Source of the DNA: Candidatus Heimdallarchaeota archaeon
GTDB taxonomy: Archaea > Asgardarchaeota > Heimdallarchaeia > JABLTI01
Direction: 5' to 3'
NCBI GenBank assembly: GCA_019056785.1
Contig: DXJV01000068.1
Location: 81,670 to 145,669 of the forward strand
DNA: 64,000 nucleotides
Both the position numbers and the translations under genes were made by a program. Of the stretch, positions 49,914 to 59,360 are shown piece by piece; positions within the stretch are counted from its first letter, which is position 1; the number at the start of each line of letters is the position of its first letter. The notes beneath the pieces are model-generated. The model worked only from the letters and a program-made list of their open reading frames with translations. It was not told the DNA's origin and made no database searches.

Positions 49914-50203
49914 GTAAACGCCTAAAATTTATCTAGTATTTTTTCATTCCTAGTGAAAATCATAACTTCATCTCGAATGTTGGTTTTCACTTCTTTTTTA
50001 ATTTTAGATTTTTCTCATTTTTTCAATAGAGCTGACCTTTTGCTAGCCTTCAGTGAATCTTCCTTTAAAACCGACATTTTACTTGGCCATTGCTGATGAT
50101 CCTAAAAAAGAAATAGTGAAAGGAGGAGTGTGATATTCTTACAGGGACTCCTCAATTGTTTTTGCCCTCTCAAAGCAAAATTCCTACCACAATCAATCCG
50201 TAA

Positions 50204-50341
50204 CTATTGACCATCATCGCCAATAGGCCCTGGTTCAACAGTTGGGTCTCCTCGTACTTCCTGGATGGCTGCTGTTCCTCCGATTAGGAGTCCTAGCAAC
50301 AATACTGCTAGACTAATAACTTTTGGGTTGATTTTCTTCAT
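50204..50341 (-). CDS. 45-aa secreted peptide precursor (absent from ORF track)
   Basis: Manual translation MKKINPKVISLAVLLLGLLIGGTAAIQEVRGDPTVEPGPIGDDGQ*; SD GGTGA 9 nt before ATG; TATAAAT upstream on the minus strand. Confidence 0.75.
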   Translation of the reverse strand: MKKINPKVISLAVLLLGLLIGGTAAIQEVRGDPTVEPGPIGDDGQ

Positions 50342-50396
50342 TTTTGTTTATCACCTTGCTACAGTTTTTTACATCACTTTTGTCGATGAATACCTC

Positions 50397-50424
50397 GATT
50401 ATGGGTAGTTGCGACTACATAATT
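50397..50424. promoter_or_regulatory. Imperfect palindrome abutting the TATA box of the peptide gene
   Basis: ATTATG-G-GTAGT-TGCG-ACTAC-ATAAT. Confidence 0.45.
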
Positions 50425-50667
50425 TATAGTCTCTTATTCCAAAATAATCTTTAGCTACTCCCATGGTGGCAATCTAATCGAAAAAAATCTTTGTTAAACG
50501 CTTTTAAAGTCAAAAAATCGCCATTAGATTGGGGTGCCCTTTTTTCTCGATTTTTGAGTTAGGAATTAGGAAAAAACATTAGATATTTATTTAAGTAAAG
50601 AGATTTTAATTAGCAAAAAAGAACAAATAAAAGACTGTCTCTCTATATATTATAAAGTGGGAACTCG

Positions 50668-52461
50668 ATGAAACATATTGATATCCAGAAATTAGCAGAA
50701 GATTTAGCTGTCCTTGAGACATTGGCTATAAAAGAGGTTGATCAAAGAGTTTCCATATTAAATGATTTACAAACAGTTTTTCAGAACAAGCTTAAAGCTT
50801 ATACAAAAAAGAAGCCACATTGGCCGCAACGAAGAATTGTCTTAGGGCAAGTTGAAGATAATATGGGAGTGCATTATGCGATTAAGAGAACCTCGACCAA
50901 AACCATTCTTGCAACATGGATCTTTAATTTGCAACCTAAAACACGTTTCTACTTGCTTTCTTTCTTCACAGCAAAAGAGGCCTTGCTCCCTTTTTTCGCT
51001 CAAATTCCAACTGAAGAAGAAGAGGCGATAATTAACATACTTGCGATTCTTCTTCTTAGAGAGATCTATCAAATTCAATCTTTAGAAAATCCTTTACTTT
51101 CAGCCATCCGCTCGAAAATTTATTCTGAATTAATAGCTAATATCAGTTATCTATTATGGGACAATATGCTGGTCATGCTGATTACAAAAAAAGTCCCTTT
51201 AATTGACGCCTTTTTAGAATTTGACAAACTTCTCAATTCAAAAGAGCAATTACTTCAAAGGAAGCGCTCATTCACTTCTAAGTTTATGGAATGGGTTAAT
51301 GAACGAACTATTACAGAACTAGATGCTATTCTCCCCCTTTTTATTCATTATAAATTGATTGAGCTGATAGAGAACTTTTTAGAGCTCGGGTATGAGCTTA
51401 GCTCGACTTCTTTTATTGCTCGTAAATTGAAACTCTCTCAGAAGACCGTTACTAACCGGTTCAAAGCATTAAATGAAAGCTATTCCACCTTTTGGCTCAC
51501 AGAAATTAATTTTGAGGAAATGAACTTACATAATTATTTTATCAAGATAACTCTCGCAAAAGAGAAATATCTCAAACCTTTGGCTACAAAACTGCTCGAA
51601 AATCCTTATATACAAAACATCTACACCGGCTTTGATTCAAATAGCGCTATAATCTATTCGCCCCGATTTATTTGCCCGCATATTGTCTCTGAACGGTTGC
51701 ATGAACATTTGCGAAAAATAGCTCGTGAGGGGATTGTCTCTGATTTTTCTGTGAGTTTAATTCGAGAGAAATATCGTTATTTTACTTTAAGTGAGCGTCC
51801 TATCACCTTGAAAAAGATCGCGCCCTTTGAACAAATGGTAAAAACTTTGGAACCTTCTTTAAGAAAGTATCTCTTTTCTCACATTAAACGGAGTTCGACT
51901 ATCCCTGAAAAAGACAAACCAGTCAATTTTGATTATAATCTTCTTTCCTTTCTTTCCATTATCAAAGGGAAATACCTTTTGCGAGCTCGCTATGCTGTTT
52001 GGATTAATGAATTCAAAGACTTTTATCTCCGGAACAAAATCTCTCCTACCAATGTCAAAGAGCAGATTAATTTACTCTATTACTATGAATTGCAGGCCAA
52101 AAAGAAAAAACTCATTAATTTTTCTCTCTACATTCGCTCGCTGATGAAACGAGCACCAAATGTCTTAATTATAGAGCTACCAACCTCTGATTTATCTAAT
52201 GAAGAACTAAATGCCGTTATTGACAAGCTGCGTATTCTTTCTTTTTTGGGGCAAGTTGATTTATATGACCGGCATCTCTTTCAAATTCTCGGTATTTCCC
52301 ATAGCCATCCTCTTGCAAAGAGCATTGAGCAATTCCTTGTCGATGAAGGGCTTTCACCAAGTCTTTATACCATTAAATTACAGAAAACAAAGTTTTTGCC
52401 ATTTCATGAGCTCTATGATTATGAAGAACAGAAATGGAAAATTGAAGGGATTTCTTTCTAA
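50668..52461 (+). CDS. Large regulator with internal HTH and Lrp/AsnC-like domains
   Basis: STSFIARKLKLSQKTVTNRFKAL HTH followed by INFEEMNLHNYFIKI..ENPYI Lrp-like pattern; degenerate second copy C-terminally. Confidence 0.65.
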   Translation: MKHIDIQKLAEDLAVLETLAIKEVDQRVSILNDLQTVFQNKLKAYTKKKPHWPQRRIVLGQVEDNMGVHYAIKRTSTKTILATWIFNLQPKTRFYLLSFFTAKEALLPFFAQIPTEEEEAIINILAILLLREIYQIQSLENPLLSAIRSKIYSELIANISYLLWDNMLVMLITKKVPLIDAFLEFDKLLNSKEQLLQRKRSFTSKFMEWVNERTITELDAILPLFIHYKLIELIENFLELGYELSSTSFIARKLKLSQKTVTNRFKALNESYSTFWLTEINFEEMNLHNYFIKITLAKEKYLKPLATKLLENPYIQNIYTGFDSNSAIIYSPRFICPHIVSERLHEHLRKIAREGIVSDFSVSLIREKYRYFTLSERPITLKKIAPFEQMVKTLEPSLRKYLFSHIKRSSTIPEKDKPVNFDYNLLSFLSIIKGKYLLRARYAVWINEFKDFYLRNKISPTNVKEQINLLYYYELQAKKKKLINFSLYIRSLMKRAPNVLIIELPTSDLSNEELNAVIDKLRILSFLGQVDLYDRHLFQILGISHSHPLAKSIEQFLVDEGLSPSLYTIKLQKTKFLPFHELYDYEEQKWKIEGISF

Positions 52462-52686
52462 GAGCATGCCTTTAAAGGCTAGGATTACTTTTGCCCTTTT
52501 TTTACTATGAACATTTTTTTTACAAATTTTCAAGTTAGGTTTGTGACTATGGTAAAAAAACGCTCTTGTTAGTTTTTCAGTTGAATTGAAATTTCCTCTA
52601 CGTTTGAAGTTTCTGAAGGAAAACAGCATTTAGAAGGCATAAAAATTAAGAGAAAGAAAGAGAAAAAGGAATATGGGTCCAAAAAA

Positions 52687-53391
52687 ATGGCTTCAAGAAT
52701 CTTTGCTGGTTTGGTATTTCTAGCTTTGCTTTCTTATCTCTATGGTTCTCTTTGTTGGGCTATTATTATTAGCAAATGGAAACTTAGGAAAGACATTCGG
52801 GTGCTCGGCGATGGTAATCCTGGGGCGTATAATACCGGTAGAAATTTAGGTGGTAAATATTTTCTTCTTGTTATGCTTCTCGATGCCTCTAAGGGATTCA
52901 TTCCGGGGTTAATTGCTTCTTTCGTTAATTTTCAGGCTTATCAAAATTGGGCAGTAGGTTTAGCAGGGTCCTTCTCTGTTTTGGGGCATTGCTATCCCAT
53001 CTTTTTCAAGTTTCGAGGTGGTAATGGTTTTTCGACTATTTTTGGTTTCATGATTCTTTACAATCCTTGGATGGTCCTTGAGTGGGGTATTTTTGTTTTC
53101 GTATTGACAGTTATTTTCAAGTACATCCGCCCCGTCCAACTCATCACTATGTTCTTTATTTCCTTTTTCGCCATCTTCATCGATTGGCATTTTTATTGGA
53201 GGAACTTTTTCCCCTTGTTGACAGAGCCTATGATGCAAGTAACTCTCCCTGCTATGGTGCTAACGATTGCTTTATTGCAAGTGCCAAGATTTATCCCATA
53301 CTTTGTTGGCATCTACACTGGAACAGAAGAAAAGATCTTTTTCTTTAAATTCCTGCGGAAGAATAAAACAACTTCTTCCGATAATAATTAA
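52687..53391 (+). CDS. plsY: PlsY-family glycerol-3-phosphate acyltransferase-like membrane protein
   Basis: YLYGS, DIR..GDGNPGAYNTGR, DASKG, GHCYPIFFKFRGGNG. Confidence 0.8.
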   Translation: MASRIFAGLVFLALLSYLYGSLCWAIIISKWKLRKDIRVLGDGNPGAYNTGRNLGGKYFLLVMLLDASKGFIPGLIASFVNFQAYQNWAVGLAGSFSVLGHCYPIFFKFRGGNGFSTIFGFMILYNPWMVLEWGIFVFVLTVIFKYIRPVQLITMFFISFFAIFIDWHFYWRNFFPLLTEPMMQVTLPAMVLTIALLQVPRFIPYFVGIYTGTEEKIFFFKFLRKNKTTSSDNN

Positions 53392-53400
53392 ATTACTCGA

Positions 53401-54450
53401 GTGAATGTCATGTCTTACAAAACTAAACGCCCTCTTTCCGAAAAGACTGTTCAAAAACTCCTCTTGCAACATTTCCCGCATCAAAGTGTTGAGGGCTTAC
53501 AAGAAGTGCCAAAATCGTTCGTGAATAAAGTCTATTCATTTCGCGTTTCTAGTAGCGAAGAATATATCCTTAAAATTAATAACCCCCATTGGCCAGAAAA
53601 ACAGAGAAGAGAAGCACTGGCACTTACGCTAGTAAAAGAACAGACATCGATCCCAGTTCCGACAATCTATGCACAATCACCTCCTAAAAGCCCGATAAGT
53701 TATTTAATTCTGGAAAAAGTTCCAGGCGTTGAGCTAAAAGATGCACTTCAGGAGGGGCTCCTTGAACAAACAACTGCTCTCAAACTCTTCACGGAAGTTG
53801 GCCGGTATTTAGGCGAACTCCAAAAGATCTCCTTTGATTTTTTTGGCGACTTTAGTGTTGACTCTCTGTCTCCTTCGTCTTCAAATTTCTTGTGGGGGCG
53901 AACGTTCGCGACCTTCAAAGAGTGCCTTCAAGCTTTTGCTTTTGAGGTTCTTAATTGGGTTGATACAAACACTTTTTCAGCCGTTCGGAAAAAACTTCAT
54001 AAAGTGATTCCAACGTACCTCGAACAAATTCATGATTCATCGCCCTCTTGTTTGGTTCATTCTGACATTCAAGCCTCAAATATTTTAATACAGGATGGCA
54101 CCATTTCCGCTCTCCTTGATTTTGAATGGGCTTTTGCAGGCACCTCGAGTTTCGATCTTACACTTGCTAAAGCAGGTTTTTATTTCAGTACCTTCCCGTC
54201 CCTTGCACCAAATTCCCCCCCACTCGCTCTTACTGAGGACAATTATTTTAAGGAAATCTCTCGTGCCCTCGATGCTGGCTTTCAGTCTTCCTCTTCCCAA
54301 CCAGTTATTCCTTATCCTGAGGATTTTCCGGCATTTGTTTGGCTTCTCTATCTCATAGGCTCTTGGCGATGGACCACTCGTTTACTTTCTTTTGCAGAAC
54401 GGCGCCGTCTTAAACGTAAAATTCTCTCTCTTTCTGCTCAGTTTTTCTGA
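53401..54450 (+). CDS. Aminoglycoside/choline-kinase-like phosphotransferase
   Basis: YILK, IPVP, LVHSDIQASNIL, LDFE. Confidence 0.88.
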   Translation: MNVMSYKTKRPLSEKTVQKLLLQHFPHQSVEGLQEVPKSFVNKVYSFRVSSSEEYILKINNPHWPEKQRREALALTLVKEQTSIPVPTIYAQSPPKSPISYLILEKVPGVELKDALQEGLLEQTTALKLFTEVGRYLGELQKISFDFFGDFSVDSLSPSSSNFLWGRTFATFKECLQAFAFEVLNWVDTNTFSAVRKKLHKVIPTYLEQIHDSSPSCLVHSDIQASNILIQDGTISALLDFEWAFAGTSSFDLTLAKAGFYFSTFPSLAPNSPPLALTEDNYFKEISRALDAGFQSSSSQPVIPYPEDFPAFVWLLYLIGSWRWTTRLLSFAERRRLKRKILSLSAQFF

Positions 54451-54544
54451 TTTTTAATCTTATAATTACCTTTAAATGCAATTATTATTGATGGGTAATA
54501 TAGGTGGTCAATAAAACTCCCTATAAAAAAGGAGAAACGAAAAA

Positions 54545-55813
54545 ATGACTTTGGAAAGAAAGTTACAGAGCATCCTAATTATTCTAATAATTGTGAGTTT
54601 ACCGGTCTATGGAACGATAAGCTTGCCAAGTATACAGACGGGGAGAGCCGCCAAGCCAAGAATGCGTACTTTTATCTTCAATCCAAATGCTGCCGATGAG
54701 CTCGTTATTTATACCCATGATAGTTTTATGGCCTGGGGAAAGCCGGAGGATTATCAAATCGTTATGAATCAGACGTTCTATAATTTCGGCGTGTTACATA
54801 ATGTTACCGTTACTGTTAATGTTTTTAGTGGCATGGTGGAGGCATTAAATTTACTTATCAGCCAAAAAGAGCATCCTCAAGCGGATCTCGTTATCGGGTT
54901 AGATAATACAATGGTCTCCCGAGCGAAAGAAGAGCAGATTCTCCTCCCACTTTTAACGGGTGTTAATCTCGAGAATGTTTCAGCAGACTTGATTGCTGCG
55001 CTCGACCCTGAAAAATACCTGGTACCTATTGATTATGGCTTAATTGCAGTGATTTTTGATACGGCCTACATTAATGTTAGCACTAACCCGGAACTATTAA
55101 CAATGGATTTCGATACTTTATTGGACACTTTCGGGAAGACACTTGTCGTTCAAGATCCAACTCAAAGCGCAACAGGTTTGAACTTTTTACTTTATCAGAT
55201 TGTTCTCTACGAGAAAGTTTTAGGTCAGGAGTGGCAACAATGGTGGAAGAAGGCAAAAGGGCAAGTGACCATCGATAAGAGTTGGTCGGACTCTTGGGAA
55301 CGAGTTTTTTCCAAGAAAGAAGCTCACATGATGGTAAGCTACGGCACTGACCCAGCATACAATGCCTATTTTGGTTATAGTTATGAGCACAATGCTGCTA
55401 TTATTCACCATAACGGAACAAAATATGGTTGGCTACAAATCGAAGGTATAGGTGTCGTGAATGGGACAACCAAAGCCAACCTGGCAAAAGAATACATTAA
55501 TTATGCTTTAAGCAGTGAAGTGCAAGATTATGTTGCCACCAACAACTGGATGTTTCCGGCAAATAATCAAACGACTCTGGACCCAAGTTACGACTACGCC
55601 ATCACCACTGAGAATGTAACTATTTTAAATAATCTTATACAGCCTAACTATATCGGGGACAATTATCAAGATTGGCTTAACACTTGGGAACGGCTTGTTT
55701 ATGGCTCTGGTACTTGGTGGATTTGGGCATTGATTTCGGCTATAGCTCTCTTAATCGCCGGAATTGTCACCTATTTCGTTTTTAAATCAAAAACAAGAAT
55801 TGATGTAGAGTGA
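54545..55813 (+). CDS. thiB: Thiamine ABC transporter substrate-binding protein with C-terminal TM anchor
   Basis: IYTHDSF..WG, ADLVIGLDN, PIDYG, QDP..SATG, SYGTDPAY, QIEG, NWMFP. Confidence 0.85.
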   Translation: MTLERKLQSILIILIIVSLPVYGTISLPSIQTGRAAKPRMRTFIFNPNAADELVIYTHDSFMAWGKPEDYQIVMNQTFYNFGVLHNVTVTVNVFSGMVEALNLLISQKEHPQADLVIGLDNTMVSRAKEEQILLPLLTGVNLENVSADLIAALDPEKYLVPIDYGLIAVIFDTAYINVSTNPELLTMDFDTLLDTFGKTLVVQDPTQSATGLNFLLYQIVLYEKVLGQEWQQWWKKAKGQVTIDKSWSDSWERVFSKKEAHMMVSYGTDPAYNAYFGYSYEHNAAIIHHNGTKYGWLQIEGIGVVNGTTKANLAKEYINYALSSEVQDYVATNNWMFPANNQTTLDPSYDYAITTENVTILNNLIQPNYIGDNYQDWLNTWERLVYGSGTWWIWALISAIALLIAGIVTYFVFKSKTRIDVE

Positions 55814-56026
55814 AAGTTAGTCTTTTGTCTTTCACTCCAACTTTTTTCTTTTAGTTTTGTCCTTCAGCATTAAAATGGGCTTTTGTAAGTACTTTGTTAT
55901 TAAGGAGTCATTGAAGTACCACTCTGGTTCGTCATTTCATAAAAACAAATAGAAATGCTATGTTGGCTTTCTTTCATTGCAAAAAATACGAGTCCTTTGT
56001 CGTAGCTTTCTCTATGCAAAGGAAAG

Positions 56027-56863
56027 TTATTTTTGTGTTGTGTGGGCGATTTTTCGCCGTAAAATTGGTTTTACAAAGGCATATCTTGTTTTCATTGCAA
56101 GAAATCGCCCTTTATTTGTATATTTTGCCACTTCAAGGCAGGAGTTCATAATCGCTACCAAATCCAATCCTTCTGGTTTGATCTCCTGATTAATCACCCC
56201 TTTATAGCCCAAGCGTTTTAAGAAGCGTAAAAAGTCCCAATAGGGCATTTCTCCTTGCCCCAACAGCAGGTGAGTGTCATTATCCTTTTTTGTATCTTGT
56301 AAATGAACATAAACAATTTCTTTTGCCAGTTCTGTTGGAACCGAAAGCCAATTGTCGTTGTCAGTCAAAAAGCGATGTGGACCATCAATAGCGTGCCCTG
56401 CGAGTTGCTTGCCAAGAAGATCCTTCGCTTTAAAATAAAAAGCAGTAAAAGTCTCGTCATCTTGCCAAGGAATATTTTCTAAAATTATTGGTGTTTGAAT
56501 TTGTTGTAATGTCTCAATAAGCACTTGGAAGTCAGCATCCGGCCCCTCAGGGGGATGAGCTAACGTAAAAAGTAATTGGAGGTCCTTGTGATAAGTGTTA
56601 ATAAAATCAACTACTTTTGTCATGCGTGTTCGCAAAGCAGCTTTTGTCGAACCCGGCTCAAAGCCATCAACACTTGGGATCGGCAAATGAAATGTTGTTG
56701 TTAATTTACCCAGATTCGCAATAATTCCCTCGACATCCTTCATACTATTAATATTGATCTCAACATGATCCAAAGCAATTGCTTTTGCAAAAGTAACCAA
56801 CTTGTCAGCAGAAATACCGGCATACGGTTCAATTGTCACACCAATTTTCAATGAGTTCACCAC
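56027..56863 (-). CDS. Sugar-phosphate isomerase/AP-endonuclease-2 TIM-barrel protein (paralog of 47201-48064)
   Basis: TTFHLP, AHPPE, ILEN, IDGPH, VHLQD..DTHL.LG.G, VINQE. Confidence 0.85.
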   Translation of the reverse strand: MVNSLKIGVTIEPYAGISADKLVTFAKAIALDHVEININSMKDVEGIIANLGKLTTTFHLPIPSVDGFEPGSTKAALRTRMTKVVDFINTYHKDLQLLFTLAHPPEGPDADFQVLIETLQQIQTPIILENIPWQDDETFTAFYFKAKDLLGKQLAGHAIDGPHRFLTDNDNWLSVPTELAKEIVYVHLQDTKKDNDTHLLLGQGEMPYWDFLRFLKRLGYKGVINQEIKPEGLDLVAIMNSCLEVAKYTNKGRFLAMKTRYAFVKPILRRKIAHTTQK

Positions 56864-56936
56864 AGCTAAAGCTAGCTATTAAGTATCTTTAAAAGAAAAA
56901 AAGGTTTCTAAAAGAATCCTCTCTTTCAGAAAGTGC

Positions 56937-57596
56937 TTAATCAAGATCAATTTTAATGTACTTTGTTAGTGCTTTTCGGATTTCCTGGCAGCGAGAGTCT
57001 TGAGAGGCAAATTGATTAGACACAAAACCCAGAACCATGCCCATTTTATCATCGGGAATGTTGCCTTTTAATTTTTCAGCCGCATGTACGGTATATTTGT
57101 GCTGGCGGACAGTTAACTCATCTATGAGCTTCTGGGCTTCTTCTTTCTCTTCCTCGGATAGCCCCAGGAGAAAAGCGTCATCTATCAAAGCAATCAAAGG
57201 ATTCTCGCGAATGCCTTCTTTTTTTTCAATCTCATCAATAGTTGTAGCCAGTACAAAGGCCGGTGCCGTGCGTTCATAATAGGTTATTGACGTTCGTTTC
57301 TTTTTCTCTTCACGAGCAACACGCACAAACCCGTGCTCTACTAAAAGATCTAAATGATGATAACATTTCGGCGCAGAGACGCCTAATTTTCTCGCGATTT
57401 CAGGAACAGTCATTTCTTTCCGGATGGTGCCATCCTCGTTTTCGATTCCCTCACGCATCGTTCGTAAAATCTTGCGACGCATCGGGTCGACTAAAATTTT
57501 GATTTTCTCTGGACTACCAATAATCTTTACCCTACTACCTGCCCCTTTATTATTCCGCTTTTCTTCATCGCTTAATTCTTTAGGCTCTGGGGTCAT
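56937..57596 (-). CDS. ArsR-like winged-helix transcriptional regulator
   Basis: LVDPMRRKIL..MTVPEIARKLGVS..YHHLDLLVEHGFV..YYERTA. Confidence 0.88.
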   Translation of the reverse strand: MTPEPKELSDEEKRNNKGAGSRVKIIGSPEKIKILVDPMRRKILRTMREGIENEDGTIRKEMTVPEIARKLGVSAPKCYHHLDLLVEHGFVRVAREEKKKRTSITYYERTAPAFVLATTIDEIEKKEGIRENPLIALIDDAFLLGLSEEEKEEAQKLIDELTVRQHKYTVHAAEKLKGNIPDDKMGMVLGFVSNQFASQDSRCQEIRKALTKYIKIDLD

Positions 57597-57772
57597 TCTT
57601 TGTATTCCGTCCGTTTGATTTCATTATGTTTTTTATTACCTTCTAAATGAAATTAGTGTTTTATTTTAAATATCTTCCTTTTATTGATTTGAAACGACTT
57701 TTTTACTTTAACTGATTTAAACGTTCAATGGAATTTAAACGTTTTTTCTCCTCCGTAGTAAAAAAAGCGTTT

Positions 57773-58777
57773 TTAGCTATTTCTCTGCTGTAAATAGGAA
57801 ATAATCGCTGTCAATTTTTCATCAGGAACGTTTAGGGGGATCACACAACCAGGGCCAATAATGATCGGCCGGCCATTAACAGAAGAAATCGTTTTCTCAA
57901 GCCGTTCCAAAACATTATCAATAGTTGCTTTGGGGAGAAATTCCTGTTCTTCAATGCCCCCGACAATAATGCCGGAAAAGAGTTTTTGAGCTTCAGCAAT
58001 GGGTGGTGGCGTCAGCTGGTCATGCCAGTTTAATGCTTGGACAGGATAGTGCTTGGCAATTAGTTGAAACATAATATTATTGCCATGAATGTGTGCGACA
58101 TTAAAGGTTGCTTTGTTTTTAATTGCCTTTAAAATTTCGAGGTCAAAAGTCATGCCAAATTCTCGAAATTCTTCTTCCGTTAGAAAGTCAAAGGTTGCTT
58201 CCTGGGTTGCCAGGAAAATACCTGAGGCACCATTTTCGAGCGAAATCTTGGCAAACTCTTTCATGACTTTGGTAATAATTTTCAACCCTTCCTTGAAGGT
58301 TCCGGGTTCTTCTCTTATGGCTTTTAAAACAAGTTCACGATTCTCCGTGAGTTTTGCTGCAACCATCAAGGGATTAAAAACAGTTTCAATGAAAGGTGTT
58401 TTTCTTTTCATCCCCTGATCAATGATGGTAAGTGCTTTGAGTTGCTCGCCAAACATCCCCTGATTTACGTCCAGCTCCTCGAGAGCAGCCCAATCCTCAA
58501 TAGCAGCCACACGGTACTTTGTACAATAGGCTGAGCCGGTTAATTTTTGATCATCAAATGCAATCTCACACCCCCAATCAATAACACAATAGCGACCATT
58601 GGGGCTCACTTTCATAAAGATCGAGTCAAACTTTTGAAGATACTCGAGTTGTTTCTGAGCCAGCCTTTCAGCTGAAAGGTCATCACGAGGAAAATGACGC
58701 CAAAAAGCAAAGGGAATGGGTTCGACTTGCTCCCCTTTTAAAAGCGCCCGTAGGATTTCAATCTTTTCTTTCGACAC
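57773..58777 (-). CDS. Uroporphyrinogen decarboxylase/MtaA-like TIM-barrel protein
   Basis: WRHFP, TVFNP, GIFLA, AHIHG, LNW, GGI, GPGCVIP. Confidence 0.8.
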   Translation of the reverse strand: MSKEKIEILRALLKGEQVEPIPFAFWRHFPRDDLSAERLAQKQLEYLQKFDSIFMKVSPNGRYCVIDWGCEIAFDDQKLTGSAYCTKYRVAAIEDWAALEELDVNQGMFGEQLKALTIIDQGMKRKTPFIETVFNPLMVAAKLTENRELVLKAIREEPGTFKEGLKIITKVMKEFAKISLENGASGIFLATQEATFDFLTEEEFREFGMTFDLEILKAIKNKATFNVAHIHGNNIMFQLIAKHYPVQALNWHDQLTPPPIAEAQKLFSGIIVGGIEEQEFLPKATIDNVLERLEKTISSVNGRPIIIGPGCVIPLNVPDEKLTAIISYLQQRNS

Positions 58778-58808
58778 AAGTAATCACGCCTTTACATGAG
58801 CAAGAGAA

Positions 58809-59168
58809 TTAGTCAATTACTACTTCTAACTCCTTGGTTGTTCCTTTTTTTGCTCGGACCTTGTAGGTTCCAGGCTTCAGGTTTTCAACTTCAATTTTCA
58901 GGTCAAAGGGTTTTATCGCCTGGGCAGCCATCATTCCAGCTTTCATCTTTCCCAGCACTTGAAGAATAATCTCATCTTTTTTGACGACTGCTGACGCTTC
59001 TGCTAACTGCCATCCCAGATGAGAAAAGTAACCCTGAACAAGAACAGTTAAGGGTTCGGTATGCGAAGCACGCTCCGGGAGAGAGAAGTCTTGGATAACC
59101 GCCAATTTAACAATCTCATCTGCTGTGCCCTTCTTTTTTCTAGTGAAAATTCGTTTAAAAAAGTTCAA
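58809..59168 (-). CDS. Small Ig-like beta-sandwich hypothetical protein
   Basis: Beta-strand pattern, LKPGTYKV. Confidence 0.6.
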   Translation of the reverse strand: MNFFKRIFTRKKKGTADEIVKLAVIQDFSLPERASHTEPLTVLVQGYFSHLGWQLAEASAVVKKDEIILQVLGKMKAGMMAAQAIKPFDLKIEVENLKPGTYKVRAKKGTTKELEVVID

Positions 59169-59360
59169 TTTGCTTCACCTATGTAACTACAATAGATGGT
59201 AAGCTTATTAATTAAAGTTTTATCCCACTTTTATTGGAGAGCGTAAAGGGCCTCTTTTTTCTTTCGTTGCTACCTAATTTGCCCCAGAGTTAGTCAAGAA
59301 TACACAAAATTTTAATTTGGTAAAAGTTTCACTTGAGAATATACTCAAGGTGTAAAAAGA

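Noticed and set aside
50243-50257. RGD integrin-binding motif in the secreted peptide
   Set aside because: A tripeptide arises easily by chance and it overlaps a likely signal-peptidase site
54451-54544. TPP riboswitch upstream of thiB
   Set aside because: Region is short and AT-rich and lacks the CUGAGA and CCUGA core motifs
46970-56863. Integrated provirus or IS element at the tRNA
   Set aside because: No integrase, transposase, capsid gene or att repeat visible
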